From Parasitella parasitica NRRL 2501 (lineage: Eukaryota > Fungi > Mucoromycota), in contig MU619277.1 of NCBI GenBank assembly GCA_025201805.1, forward strand, positions 3,828-67,827: a stretch of 64,000 bases of DNA. The letters are read 5' to 3'. The notes beneath the pieces were generated by a model. That model saw nothing but the letters and a program-made list of their open reading frames with translations. It made no database searches and was not told where the DNA came from. Made by a program: the position numbers and the translations under genes. Positions 24,515 to 38,270 of the stretch are shown here, piece by piece. Positions within the stretch are counted from its first letter, which is position 1, and each line of letters opens with the position of its first letter.

Positions 24515-27500
24515 CTACAAAATTCCCTATAATTTTATGAAAAATCAGTCAGCATACATGTGTTACAGCAGACTCATAAAAACACTTACTTGAGAGTAAT
24601 ACTGGAAAGTATCATATAGTCTTGTAAACACATTACAGCAGCTACTCATAATCAACTTGTCTACAAATTCTTCTGCCTGAGGCTCTGTCAGATGCAACTG
24701 AAACCGATCTCGCAATTGAAGCACAGTCAAATCCCCATTTTGAAAGCATGGCAATTTGGAGTCCTTACGCATCATTTCTGTCAACAACAAGATGTTTTCG
24801 CTATGCTTGCGAACTGAAAGAAACGCAGCCTTCATCAGCGCCTTGTATTCAGCAAATTTCTCTCCATGAACGCCGCCCAAGATGTCAATGTATTCCTGGG
24901 GTAATTTAAAAGGTGCCATTTCAAAGCCTACAGAGCCTGGAGAATTAGACAGCATGAAGCCGAAATCAATGTGGATCAAGTGGCCTGCTTCGTCGATCAA
25001 TAGGTTGCCATTATGTCTGTCTTTGATTTGCAGTACATAGCAAGCAATGGAATAGCCCGCCAAGCTTCGCATAAAAGCGTCCTGCGCCTTTATAAATTCA
25101 TCTGAATCCGAAGGTCCCCAAAGCTTTTATATTTTAATTAGCAATCAGAATTCCGTTCCTTGATCTCAACATGGAANNNNNNNNNNNNNNNNNNNNNNNN
25201 NNNNNNNNNNNNNNNNNNNNNNNNNNNNNNNNNNNNNNNNNNNNNNNNNNNNNNNNNNNNNNNNNNNNNNNNNNNNNNNNNNNNNNNNNNNNNNNNNNNN
25301 NNNNNNNNNNNNNNNNNNNNNNNNNNNNNNNNNNNNNNNNNNNNNNNNNNNNNNNNNNNNNNNNNNNNNNNAAAAGCAAATTAGACGCAACTCTGCCTTA
25401 CAAGTAAAAGTCCAAACTTACTATTTCACCCAAACATCCACACCAGTGTCTTCCCAAATCCTTTGCATTTCTCTAATCAACTGAATCGCAAATTGTTCTT
25501 GTCGAAGATCTGCGCCTTGTTTTACAATGACCGACATGAGCCTCCAGTTAGGTAAATGGCCGTAAGGAGAGGCTTGACGCAAACGAGCCTTCTTGGTCTC
25601 CCAGTCTTCAGACAATACAGCAGCGCTGGGATCCTCCTTGTTGACGACCCAAGCAATACGCTGCTCGTCTTCCAGCATATCTCCGCCGGCACCCTCACCC
25701 CCTCCTCCGCCTACGCCACTGCCAACACCTTCAGTCTTCATCTTGAGCATGCGCTGTTCTTCCAGGGCTATCATTTCCTTGATAATGCGTTGTCTTATCT
25801 GTTCCGTATTCTGTTTATAAGGAGCAGTTGTATTGGGAGGTTGCAGTTGAGCCAACATGACAGCGGCTGTACGCATGCGCTCTGCATAGTCGTCAGCGGA
25901 TCTCGAGTTGCGTCTACTGCCATTGCTACAACTGTCATTGGTATTGAGCACTGTCGCTTTGACAGGCGCGCATGATCTCTTCTCATCTTGGAACCCGCTT
26001 ATGAACGAACCGCTGCTGCTGCTGCTGCTGATGGTTGTTGCCGAGGATGAGGTGCTCATGATAGATTTACGGTGTGAATGTTTTCGTCGTGATGCGCGAT
26101 ACAATGCGGAATTGTAGCCATCGTTTTCAAAATTCATTTCATCATCCAAGACTTCAATCATCAGCAAGTAAGGAGCACGTTCAGCGGAATTGAGCACAAC
26201 AGCATCAGAGGGGCTGATGCGGACGACGCGGTGGTGGTGAGGTTTCTCGGCGGTCGCAGGGCACCAAAGGGGTAAGCAGATCTCTGCTGGTAAATTATGA
26301 TTGAGCAGCGTCAACTCTGCATGCAGTGCACTCATACGAGCTTCCTTAGGCACCATGACCAATCGAGTAGCAATGTCCACTAGTGCCAACACAAACTGCA
26401 TCTCAGATCTAAAGTAGTTGCTACGCAACAGAGATTGGCGGCTTTTGCGTTTTTGTTGCTGCTGCAGTTGCTTGCGCTCTTTCTCTTGCTCTTGCTCTTT
26501 CTCTTTCTCTTTCTCTTGCTGCTTTTGTTGTTGTTCCTGATCTGAGTCTCGATCTTCCAAGGCAAGCGCAAGATCAGTTTCGACAGAGCATCTGGATATG
26601 TCTGGGGATAGTGGTGCGGTATTTGTTGGCACAGAGGATTGTCCTAGTGCCGTAAGGGCGGGGTCGAACACTGACAATGCTGTCGAGGTCGAAGATAGCC
26701 CTCTTTCCTCACTCAGCATTTTGCGGTTCAGTTTGTGATGTGCATTCTTGATATAACGGCCCACAGAAAACGCCTTGCCACGATGCAAATCCTCTAATGA
26801 CGGCGAGCTTGTAAATGGGTTGAATTTCTTTTTTATGGTATTGTTAAAGTGGTGCGGTAAAGGCAGATCGGGTTGTGAGGCAGAGATGTAGCTCGAATGA
26901 GGTGATGGCGCTTTTGGCTGATCTTTGGTAACAGATGTGGCAGAAGCAGTAGCTTTTAATCCGGAGGAAGAGGAACCCTCGGTCGTATTTCTTCGTGTCA
27001 ACGTAAACGGGATACCTTGTGTTCTGCTTTTGCGCCCCTGAGCAATTGCAATTCTACCTGCTGGTTTGGTCATTAAAGGCTGTCCTATTCCGAGCAGCAT
27101 GGCACCCATACCCACGAGAGCAGGCAGAGCATGCTCCCGTACATTTTCCGTGTATTTTGATGGGTCAGAGTCTTGATCTTCGTCATCGTCGCTATTATCC
27201 TCAGAGAATACAATGGCCTGAGATCTATTTAGTAAGCGCTTGCATAGGTTGAATGAAGGGCTGGAGGGGTTTGTGGATAGATCCGAAAGGTAGGCTTGTA
27301 GGTACCACAGAGACTGTTGATCAAGTTAGAACATCTTGAGGCTTTGTAGTTATGTGGTTGTCTTACCATTAATGCTATGTGGGTTGACTTTTCACACATC
27401 TCGATCAGGAAGCATTCCAGCGCTACGGAATCTGAGGGCCTCGCTATCAGCAAATGGCTGCAGAGCGTTGTTTTAGTATGCAATAATAATTATAATAACA

Positions 27501-27692
27501 GTGGTTTCGTGGAAACACTTACATTAGCTGTGGTAAAAAGAACTCTATTTCTGATATGGGGAAGCCCTTCAGCTCATTACAAAGATAATGTTGAATTCCT
27601 ACATTGTCAGAGTACCTGAACAAATATGACACTGCGATCCATGAGTTGAAGAATTCTGATGTGAAAAGCCGTAACAAGAGTGCGTTGGACAT
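24515..27692 (-). CDS. PIK1: Phosphatidylinositol 4-kinase type III beta, multi-exon, spans an assembly gap
   Basis: LLLRLFTSEFF, VVLNSAERAPYLL, VIVKQGADLRQEQFA, QIKDRHNGN, HIDFGF, YDTFQYYSQ|GIL. Confidence 0.96.
25177..25371. other. Assembly gap (N run) inside PIK1; smaller gaps near 4.74, 7.52, 51.9, 54.54 and 57.8 kb
   Basis: Runs of N. Confidence 0.99.
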
Positions 27693-28099
27693 TGTTATTT
27701 GTGTTGCAAATGGGACAGCGAATGCGACGTGCACCAAGCGGTAAGGATAATAAAAGAGAGAGAGAGAAAGAGAGAGAGAAAGAGAAAGATTAATAAATGC
27801 GTCGCTAGTGCCTTTTAAATAGCATGCACTTTTTTTTTTGTTTTATTCTTGTTCGAGAAAAAAAGAATAAATACGACACTGCACAATGAAAAAGGAGTAA
27901 AAAGAAAAGAGCAATTAAATAGCTGATTTGTTTGAATAGTCGAAAATGCACTCTATACGGTACTTCAGGTTAAATCTCCCCCCTCTGCCGTGTACTACAA
28001 ATAATCCATGTTTGGCGCGACAATAATAAAAAAAAAAAAAAAAGCGTGGGTTAATGGCACTTGCCACTTTTTCTCTGTGCTATTCGGTAAATTTTTTTC

Positions 28100-28806
28100 A
28101 TGCCTGGCTCACCTGAAGAACAGCAAGCATCCGCAAAACGTAAAAGGCTATCATTGGCTTGTAACGTGTGCCGTCGTAAAAAGGTACGCTGTTTGTACAA
28201 ATGCCTTGCTGAGTGATGGCTGATGGCCCTTTGCCACCAAAAAGATTAAATGTGACGGAGCAAAGCCTACCTGTGGCAAATGCGAGCGATTCAAGCAAGA
28301 GTGTACATATACTGACGTTGTAAGGAAAAGAGGGCCTCGGCAAGGACATATAGACTTACTAGAGCAAAGACTTCGAAAGATGGAAGAGTTGATCACTGCA
28401 GGCAGATCAGTGTTGGAAGCCTCGCCCTCGACAATACCAATTGTAGAAGAGCCGATACTACGGCAACCATCTCTGCTACAGACAGGGCCACCGTCTTCCA
28501 AGTACCACTTGCCACCAGCAGTGGCAGCGGAAGCTACACCGGCATGGAGACTACAGAAACCAACGCCTGTCGAAAAGCTTGAATGGCCACCCATGGATAT
28601 AGTGCAGCATTTAGCAGATATCTATTTTTTGCATTTCGAGACGCTCTCTCCCATTGCGGACACAAAGGGATTCAAAGCAACCATCCAAAACAAGACATGC
28701 AATACTTTTTTGTTATATAGCATACTATCAGTGGCAGCGAGGTAAATGAGCCAAAGAGAGATTAAAAATTGCAGATACAATATTTACTTATAGAGTCCAC
28801 GTACAA

Positions 28807-28846
<40 letters not shown>

Positions 28847-30460
28847 ATACATAGGTTTTCAAAGAGGCCGGACATTGCTCATCGAAATTTGTGGTTGGCA
28901 GGAGAGAAATTTGCGGAAATTGCTAGATCCATTCTGAATCAAGTCATCGAGAGTCCGTCGATGGAACATATCCAGGGTCTGTTGATTCTGAACTTGCACG
29001 AATATGGCTGTGCTCGTATTCCGCGGTGCTGGATGTATTCAGGCATTGCCATCCGGATGGTGGCGGAAATTGGACTCGAGAAGGAGCTCATGTACGAAGA
29101 GGCACCGGGCAACGTCCTGCCGATAGATCGATGGTTTTGGTACGAGAACCGCCGCAAACTGTACTGGGACACCTTTTTGCAGGACAAGCTGAGCAGTGCA
29201 ACTACCGGGAAGCCGCAGATGATGGACCATCTGGACTGCAATGTGCTTTTGCCAATCTACAATAGTTCATTGGACCTAGGTTCCGCCGGAGAATTCTATC
29301 AGCAGAATCTGGGCGGGACAAAGTTGATAAGGTACAATGTGCATCGCGATCCTTTGGGGGCAGTTACCGGTATACAAATGACACCTGTTGATCTCGCTTC
29401 TTTGGAGGATAACCAAGCGCATCTTCTGTTCCAGCAAGTGGGGCTCGAATCACGTACCAATGAACTATTTGTGCTGCTTGGGAGAATTACTCGATTTGTC
29501 AACAGAGGATTCAAGGACCTGATATGCTTGGAGAACAACCAAGAGTTTGACCAACTGAACCGAGCGCTAGATGACTGGGAGAGGCGGCTCCCCCATCAGC
29601 TGCGAAATACACCCGCCAATCTGGAATACACGCGCCAGGCGCATTCATTTCACTCTGGGCAGTTTGTATTGGCACACATGATGCACAATGCATTGATTGT
29701 CTTATTAAATCGGCCTTCCTTGGTTTTGGCGGATATGCCGAGGCTGGGCCAAGTGACACAGACAATGCGAGATAAAGTGTGTCAAAGTAAAGAGAAATGT
29801 CTTGCTGCGGCGGATAATATTACTGTCATGTTGAAAGATTTGGTGCATCGCTTCGACATCATACCTCCCTCCACCATCTATTTCGCCTACACGACAGCTA
29901 CCGTCATGGTAAACAATAGCTTCAGCGTTGATCCAGACGAGCGCAAAAAATGCGAAGACGCGCTGCAAGAGTTTTACAAGTTTTTCGAGGTAAAGAGGCT
30001 GCTGCATGCATGAATATCTCTTGTTAATTAATTGTTTGTTTGTTTGTTTTGTGTGTCTCTGTTTGTGTGCCGTCCACAGGGCATGAAAGTATACTGGGCC
30101 ATGTCTGATAAAATGTACTTTCTTGTCAAGGATCTGTATGCCATCCACATGAAGGTGATTGATACTGTACAGAAGAAACAATTGGCCTCTGCAGGTGGAT
30201 CCAGCGGTGGCGGTGTTGGTTCGCCTCCGAGCACTAGTGCGACTGCCTGGAATGCCACGATGCACGATATGATTACAAAAAGTCTTCCACTGACAGACAC
30301 GACGTTGGCATCAGAGCCTTGGAACGAATATCCATTCCGCTATCCCTCATCGGGGCATCCCCTCCCGTTCCAATATGCTGGCAGCGATCTCTCTCTGAGG
30401 GGATTTTCTTCATTTGATCTGTGGCTACAGCAGCAGCAGCAAGATCAAAGACGCGCATGA
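28100..30460 (+). CDS. Zn(II)2Cys6 transcription factor with fungal TF middle homology region, 4 exons
   Basis: Spliced ACNVCRRKK|IKCDGAKPTCGKCERFKQECTY; WMYSGIAIRMVAEIGL; ENRRKLYW. Confidence 0.93.
28808..28843 (+). repeat. (CA)n microsatellite in an intron
   Basis: Uninterrupted caca run; explains the spurious HTHTHT in the ORF track. Confidence 0.9.
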
Positions 30461-30752
30461 AATTCAGAAATATCACATGATACCAGGTTTTGGCGTAAAT
30501 CAATTTCTGTCCCTATTTAATTTGACATTTTTATTTTTCACTCTTTTTTTTTTCCTTCTTTCTTTTCGTGTTTTGTTGCGAGATTTTTATTACTGGGAAT
30601 AAAAGAAGCTGCTTCCTTGATCCTCTTCCCCTCTTATTTTCTTTCTATCAATCAATACAAAAGACATACAAACCTAAAGTACCTTTTTATTCATTGATCT
30701 AAGGTTAATAGCAATAGTAGTAGTAATAAAGAAAAAAAAAAAGAAACCAGAC

Positions 30753-30996
30753 ATGTCTTTATTATTCTCCAAATTGCCACTGCCACCAGCGAAATTTGAT
30801 AATAATAGCAATATCATTTGCAAACCGTGGCAGTTGCCGAATCTTTTTGAAAGAACACCTCGCCTCGATGATATAGCTTCAGGTAAAAACCCTTTTTTAT
30901 TTTTATTTTTTATTTCTTTCCTTTCATTTCTCTCGATCGAAATGTCCTGGATTTGTATTGTTACTGGATTTAGTAACGCTTTTTTCCAAACACACA

Positions 30997-31029
<33 letters not shown>

Positions 31030-32812
31030 TCATGCATGTAGACATATTGCCATTGAGCCAAAAAAAGACGCCATTCTTTCTGTACAGAGCCAACTGGATA
31101 AAGTAAGTTGTCCAACGAATAAAATGCGCAGCAATTCGAAAAAAACTAATGCGCTCTGCCTGGAGAATCACGGTGATATCAAGGCCATTCATCGCAATGT
31201 CGGCGTGAACAATGCAACCGTTGTTTCATTTTACGACATCTTGGACGCAAAGAGGTGCTTTGACGTCTTTAGCAAAAATCTGTCTCAACAGGCAAATATC
31301 TACTATGTCAAGTCATCGTCGGTCGACAGCAATGATAGCGAAAAGGTGTTTGTCGTGTTCAGTAGCATCAACAACCGTGTTGATTTGCTCAACTACGACT
31401 ATATGGTTAGTAAAGTATACCTAGCAGAGGGTGCGAGCGAAAAGACTCACACTGCTGCGTTATAGAAACATGTATTACGATTTGGATCCATTTACTCCAT
31501 CTCGGAAGCCCGCATCTCTCGTTCTTGCATTCTTTTAAACGTAGAATACCATGATGAACGACACAGCCGAGAATTAAAGGCCAGTTTGAACTGCTCATTT
31601 CTCGAGGTTAGTACGATTTAATGCCGTTTTCCTCGTGCTACATACTAACAATGCTGCACAACAGGGCGCACAGATCATGGTGTACAACGCTGTCTCCATT
31701 GAGGAGGTACCGTGTGCATATAACAGCAATACTGAAATCCGTGCCTTGTCCGGCGCCTATGCTAAAAAATCCATTGAGATTTCATCCCACCAAGCTGCTG
31801 TACAAAATATGATGGTTGACACCCCCTTACCTAGCCCCTTGGCCGAAACAAGCTCCTTCTTTTCTACTGACTCTTTTGTAACGACAAAATGCCAACATGT
31901 CCCAAGCTTACCACCGTCGCCAGTCGCATTGCAACCCATTGCTTCCAAGCCAATGACCGCTTTGGAAGCTTCGCCATCTTCCTCAAGCAACACTGCATCT
32001 GATACTTCTGCCGAGCCCATCACTCCCCCACCGCCTCCACAAAATGCCAAAGACGCTACCGACAAGACCCAAAAGAAGCAAAGAGGCTCATCTGCCAAGA
32101 AGGCTGCATCCAACTCTGTCGACCTTGACAAAATCCAAACAGGAACTGATAAGCGCACGACCTTTATGATTCGAAATATTCCCAACAAGTACACTCAGGT
32201 ATGTATTATTGGGAGGAGGGTTAGGTTTTCTTTATGTCTGCTCAACACCTTGCAAAAAATGCATTAGCAAATGTTGATTGATTACGTCAATACCACGCAC
32301 AAGAGCAAGTACGACTTTCTGTATTTGCGAATCGACTTCCAAAACAAGTGCAACGTTGGCTATGCTTTCATCAATTTTATAAACCCAAAGTTAGTGTTTC
32401 TCTTACATATGCATGGGACGTCTCAATACTGACAATTTGCCTCTTACACAGGGAAGCTATCAGCTTTTCGAATGAACGAGTAGGGAAAAAATGGCAAAGT
32501 GTTCTTCCAATTGGATATATTCAAGGATATATTATATGTTATAAAGTGTAAGGAATGCAAGAAAGAGCACATGAACTAATGCCCGTTTTTCCCTTTTCCT
32601 CTAGGAAGATGTTCAAGTCTGATAAAAAATGTGATTTATCTTATGCCAACATTCAAGGTAAAGAAGCGTTGATTAAGAAATTCCAAAATTCCCAAGTGTT
32701 GAGCGAGGATATTACCTATCAACCCAAATTGTTTTATTCGAACGGTTCGCGAGCAGGTCAAGAGCAACCATGGCCTAAAAGCTGTAATGCGATAAAGGGA
32801 CACTCGAAATAA
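30753..32812 (+). CDS. Mei2-like RNA-binding protein (C-terminal RRM_2), multi-exon
   Basis: DKRTTFMIRNIPNKYTQ|QMLIDYVNTTHKSKYDFLYLRIDFQNKCNVGYAFINF; SDKKCDLSYANIQGKEALIKKFQNS. Confidence 0.9.
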
Positions 32813-34068
32813 AGCTTGGGAATACATGAAATTACTACGAAAATTATGAAATTAAAGACAATAAAGAGATTCCATCCCAAATAGTCGACTTTGACCAAAA
32901 AAAAAAAAAAAAAAAAAAATTGCTCACAAGTCGTTTTCCAAGCTTTTCTGGCTGTTATTGTTTCTAGCTACAGTTTGTTTCTGTATTGTTGCACACTTGA
33001 GCCTCGTTTCTTTGTGTGAAGTCTTGGATCGCTTGGGGAGTTTCATCTATAAAATGCATTTATCTGAAAGCTTTGGGTGATCAAAATGAACAACTTTAAA
33101 ATAGACAAAAGCCTCAGACATAGCCTCATTGATAGCTGGGAAAATGTATCAACTGGTGCTCAGGCAACAAGAAAGCATTTGAAATATAGTTGGACATCAT
33201 GTAAGTGCATAAAACGTGATGAAATATCGGGTTCACTTCTGTATAACCTTATCTGTTGTGCGTGTGTCATTTTTTTTTTATTTGTTTTTACCAAATGCTG
33301 TACAAACGTTTCAAATGACTTTTTTTAGTGATAAAGAAACCGCATCATTATTTCGTAGCAGAAATGATCTGCGTCCATCTAATTTATTCAAATACAATTT
33401 GAAAATTGGCGCCATTGAGTATAATGAGGCACACTGAAATGAGTATTATAGACAATTCATGCAATATATACAGACTTGAAAATGATGAAAAATTAATCAT
33501 ATGATAATATTTGCTTGTAATATAGCCGCCATTGTTTTTCAAAATAATCAAAAATTTCCATGTACGTAAGATATTTAATTATAGTATTTATGATCAATAA
33601 TCTATTAATTCACATATGCACATTAAAATGAAAATATAGTTACATGTTTGCATAATCATCACAAAGAAACCTGTCTCTCGGACGGGTGCACCAGAATCAA
33701 GTTTTTTATATACTTTACCAATTAGTAATAGCATCGAGGTTTCATTCACTATTTGAGCATTATCATGCGGCTCTCCCAGAAATATGTCAGAAATGGGCAG
33801 ATTATATCTTGACGGTGATCAACCTTTAATATTTATAGTGTTTATTAAAAAGTTTGTGTATCAGTCTTATTTGGGGGATGATTACACAAGTGATAAAAAA
33901 TCATTCAATAATAAACCCTCCCCTCCTCCCCCCCAAAAAAAAAAGTGTTGATGAAACTTTTTTGGCAGAATGTTGAAAGAACGGGGGTTCGCCTGAATTT
34001 GTTATATAATTGCCAAGTTAGCTACAAAATGTCCCTCTTTTCTTTTTGTTTTATTACAAAACTATCAA

Positions 34069-34864
34069 ATGCAATTTTGGCAATCATCATCAGCTGAATC
34101 AAATCAAAAAAACGCCACAACACCATCCACGATCGGTGATCGCCGAAGCTCACTTGCCATTTCTGCGTTATTAAATGACGTTTCTGTTGATCCAGTGCAC
34201 CATCCTCTAGCGCTAGATATTAGCAGCAATCTGCCATGGCACGGCAACATGAAATCCAAGCTGCCTCCTTACCACACAGATTACTCGCCAATTTCAAGTG
34301 GTGCATCATCACCAAATAGCTCATTAGACAGCTTCGGCAGACAATCTTCAATTACAGGACCACTACTACCACCACCACCACCACCACCAGATCTTTGGAG
34401 TCATTCCAGAACTGGTATGCATCAAACAAACAATGGTATCATTGTATCGTCGTTAGCCAAAGCTAAAAGAAAGCGAATTCTACCCCATCAATACGAGAGA
34501 TTAACGAGCACATTTGAAATAACGGATACCCCAAGCTCAGAAATCAGAAGCAGATTAGCTGAGGAATTGGATATGACTAAAAGAGAGGTTCAGGTATGTG
34601 AATTGCCAAATTAATTGTATGCACGTATGTATGCATTAATACATATGAAAAGGTATGGTTTCAAAATAGACGTGCCAAAGTAAGTAGGAGCAGAGCAAAC
34701 TCATTGTCGGCTGTATCAAAGCAAAAACAACAACTTCCCCCAAGACACCACAGCTTAACTCTATCCTCCAGCTCCTCTTTGCTCGACGAGGTTCCGCGCA
34801 GACGTGCCTCCGAGTACTCATATCCATACTCAAAGCATATTATGGCGCAAAATCATAAACCCTA
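34069..34864 (+). CDS. Homeodomain transcription factor, intron 34594-34651; 3' end uncertain
   Basis: KAKRKRILPHQYERLTSTFEITDTPSSEIRSRLAEELDMTKREVQ|VWFQNRRAK. Confidence 0.9.
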
Positions 34865-35713
34865 GCTCAAACTCTATTAATAACACTAATCAGCATGTTT
34901 CGACTAATGGTCTTCCAAGCACCGCATCGCTCTCCTCAATCACCTGCTTTTTAATTCAGCAATTGATACATTGGCTTCAGCTGCTGAAATGATGCAATCA
35001 TAAATCTATCTATTTCATATGTGTGTAAAGTAATCTTTTTTTTTTTTTTTTGCTAATAAATGCCAAAAGGGACAATTTATACAATCCGAAAATATTGAAC
35101 ATGATTAAAATTACTGCTTTAGGTAATCAATATACAGACTATTCCGACTTTTAGTCGGAAATGTTTCCAGCTGCAGCTTACTGGAGATTTACAATGAACA
35201 CTTGAAGAATTATAGAATATAAAAGAACAATCTCATTGGCAACGATTTGATTTCAATATATCATGTGCAACGAAAGCTACTCCAGTATTCAGCAAATCCT
35301 GTCTATTTCATGCGGTTTATTGTTTATTTTTATCATACTAGTGATAAAACAGACCAAGTAATCCTATTATTAAACATTGAGCATAGCTCCTCGGCAAAAG
35401 TTTTATCATGACCTATGATTTTACACTTCTTCTTTATGAATAATGATAATAAAGGTTGCTCATTTTGAGATAATCTTGCTAATTCCAATGAATATCTGCT
35501 GATGCTCAAGTTTTGACCTGCACCTTTTATCATAATGGTGCTTCCATTATGGTTACTCAACGCAATCCCATACCGTCACAGAACGTGATGTCACTTGAGC
35601 TTTGAGGAGAGAGCTATGCCTACGTGGCTCTCATGGATTCTCTTGATTAGTTTTCGTTCTTCTCACAATATTTTGACTATTTCTTTACATCACAAGCGTC
35701 GAAAGCAGCGAGT

Positions 35714-37337
35714 ATGGCAGGAGAAAATTACATTGGTTCAAAGATTTCGGTAAGTATTAGAGAAGAGGCGAAACTTTTTCAAGCTTGTAAAGCCGTGAAA
35801 CTAAAACCACGGTGCGCTTAGTTGATCAGTTTGAGCGATATTCGTTATGTGGGTATCCTCCACAGTATCAATGCTCAGGATTCAACTGTTGGTTTAAAAC
35901 AAGGTAAGTCCCCAGCCACGATTCACAAGAGGATTTGTGGATTGATTGATGGCGCTTCCTAGTTCGTTCATTTGGCACTGAGGGTCGTCGCGGCAAACCT
36001 GACGAGGAAATTCTCGCTTCTGACAACGTCTTTGATTACGTTGTCTTTCGTGGATCTGATATCAAGGACCTGCAAGTGTTTGAAGCACCACCAAAGCCCA
36101 CGCCACCACCACCCCAACCTACGATACCTCAAGATCCTGCTATTATGGTGAGTAAAATTTATGGATAGCTGGTAATTGTAAGATATTTATCTTTTATAAA
36201 GAGCATGAGTGGCTACCCCCCTATGAACCCTTACATGAATAACAACATGTACATGCAACCTCCTCCTCCTCCTCAACAGGCTCCCCCTCAACCGCCCCAG
36301 CAGCCTCAGCAGCCTCAAAAGTCTCAACCGCCCCAGCAGCCTCAGCCTCAGCCTCAACCTCTCCAACCGCAAGTTCAGCAGCAACGACAACAGCAACCAC
36401 CGCAACAACGTCCTTCCAATGGTCAAACCTACTGGCAGCCTTCCTATGCCTCTGAGTCCAAAGTAGATCAATCACAATCAGAAAAGAATACGCTAGATGA
36501 ATTGAAGGCTGAGCTTGAGGAAAATAACGCGTTGCAACCCACCATCAACGAGGCTGCCATTGAACAGCTGGCAAAGAAAGTAAGTGAATTGAACACTGGT
36601 GATGATGCTGCTGCTGGTAGTAAACAAGCTTCCGAGGTACCACCATCTCGCCGTCGTCATGATAATAATAACAGCAACAGCAACAGCAACAATTATCGTA
36701 ATAGAAATAATCGCTACAACAGCAACAACAACGCCAATTTTGGTGATCGCCAATACAATGGCAACAACAAGAACAAGGCTGAATTCACTATTCCCAATTC
36801 CGAATTTGATTTCGAGGCTTCCAATGCCAAGTTTGATAAGAGTGAAGTTGTCAAGAAAAACGGAGAAGCAAATGATGAGGAGTCAGAAGAAGTCGAAATC
36901 CCTCAATCCGATGAATTCTATGACAAGACATCCAGCTTCTTTGATAATATCTCCTGCGAATCCAAGGAACGCAACGAGCAATCCCAACGAAAGTAAGTCG
37001 TCTAATTTGTTGTTGTTTTTTTTGCCAGCTTATTTTTGCAACAATGATTAATCGCTCATTTTTCTCTAGTGAACCTCGCCGTAGTCATTTCCAGGAAGAA
37101 CGCAAGTTGAATGTCGAGACCTTTGGTCAGACCACTGTAGATCAATCGAGATACCGCAATAATTATAGAGGACGTGGTGGCTACCGTGGCGGACGTGGTA
37201 GTAATAACAACTACTATCGTAATAATAACCGTAACAACGGCACTTTTAACAGCAACAGCAACAGCAACAGCAACAGTAATAACAGTAATAACAACAGACA
37301 AATTCATAAGGCCCAAGATCAACAAGGTTCCTTATAA
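35714..37337 (+). CDS. SCD6: Lsm14/Scd6 (LSm, DFDF, FFD, TFG, RGG), multi-exon
   Basis: YIGSKIS|[55 protein letters not shown]. Confidence 0.95.
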
Positions 37338-38270
37338 ATTATCATAGTACAGTTAATACAAATCTTTTTCATTCTCCCCACGGGTTCTTTCGCGATTTTG
37401 TAAAAACATAAATAAACGCAATACATATTCATTCATATCCGCGTAAATTCCCATGTATCATACTAGGAGATCCATGACCTTTCAAGACTTTTGTAGACTT
37501 CAAAGCAAATATTACCAGACTGGGTGGATATATACTGGTAGCAAGTAATTCGTGTAACATGTAAAAGCATAATGGCAGCAACTTTTTTCTTTTAAAAATA
37601 AAAGAACCATGGCAAGAATTCTTATATGTCTGACAACACAAATGATAGTGAGTATTTGTAGTCAATGCTGTCATTTCCTGTAAATTGATCAATGACACAC
37701 CAATTTATAATGGCTAAAAGTTAGAATGCATCCCATTAATCTAGACATGTATGGGGGTATATATATGAAACCACGGTCTTCTCTTTCAATCTTTTCTTTA
37801 TCATATTTTTTTGATGAAATTCATTGAACTTTCTCTACGGCTTTCGATCTGCGTTTCTGTAGGTTGCTCCTTGTTTGCGTATTATTACAGAAAGTTAGGC
37901 AGTGGGCCTGTTTCTGTGGAATACTACAAAAAACACAGATCTCTTGCTTTACCTTACGGCTTATGCAAGTATATACAATATGACATTAGAGGATTCTATT
38001 TAATGCTTCCACCAATGTTTAGTCGCTACGGATTGTACATTCTCAAACCATAAAGCACAATCTGCGGATGGCTCTTTGCTAATCATCAACGATACGAACA
38101 AATACGTCAAATCAGTTTTTTACAATCATCATCAAGTCGACTGTAAGCTTTTATGCGTAAAAGGTACCAATGCAGCACTTAATCAATTTTGTGAATGTAC
38201 AGTGAATCATTGCAGTATTCTACCACAAATTAGCTACGCACTTTCCGAAGCAGACTATAGCCATGGCAAT

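Noticed and set aside
25134-25407. X-rich ORFs
   Set aside because: Artefacts of the N gap.
35143-35161. Small perfect hairpin TTCCGACT-TTT-AGTCGGAA
   Set aside because: A single 8-bp stem is within chance expectation for 64 kb.
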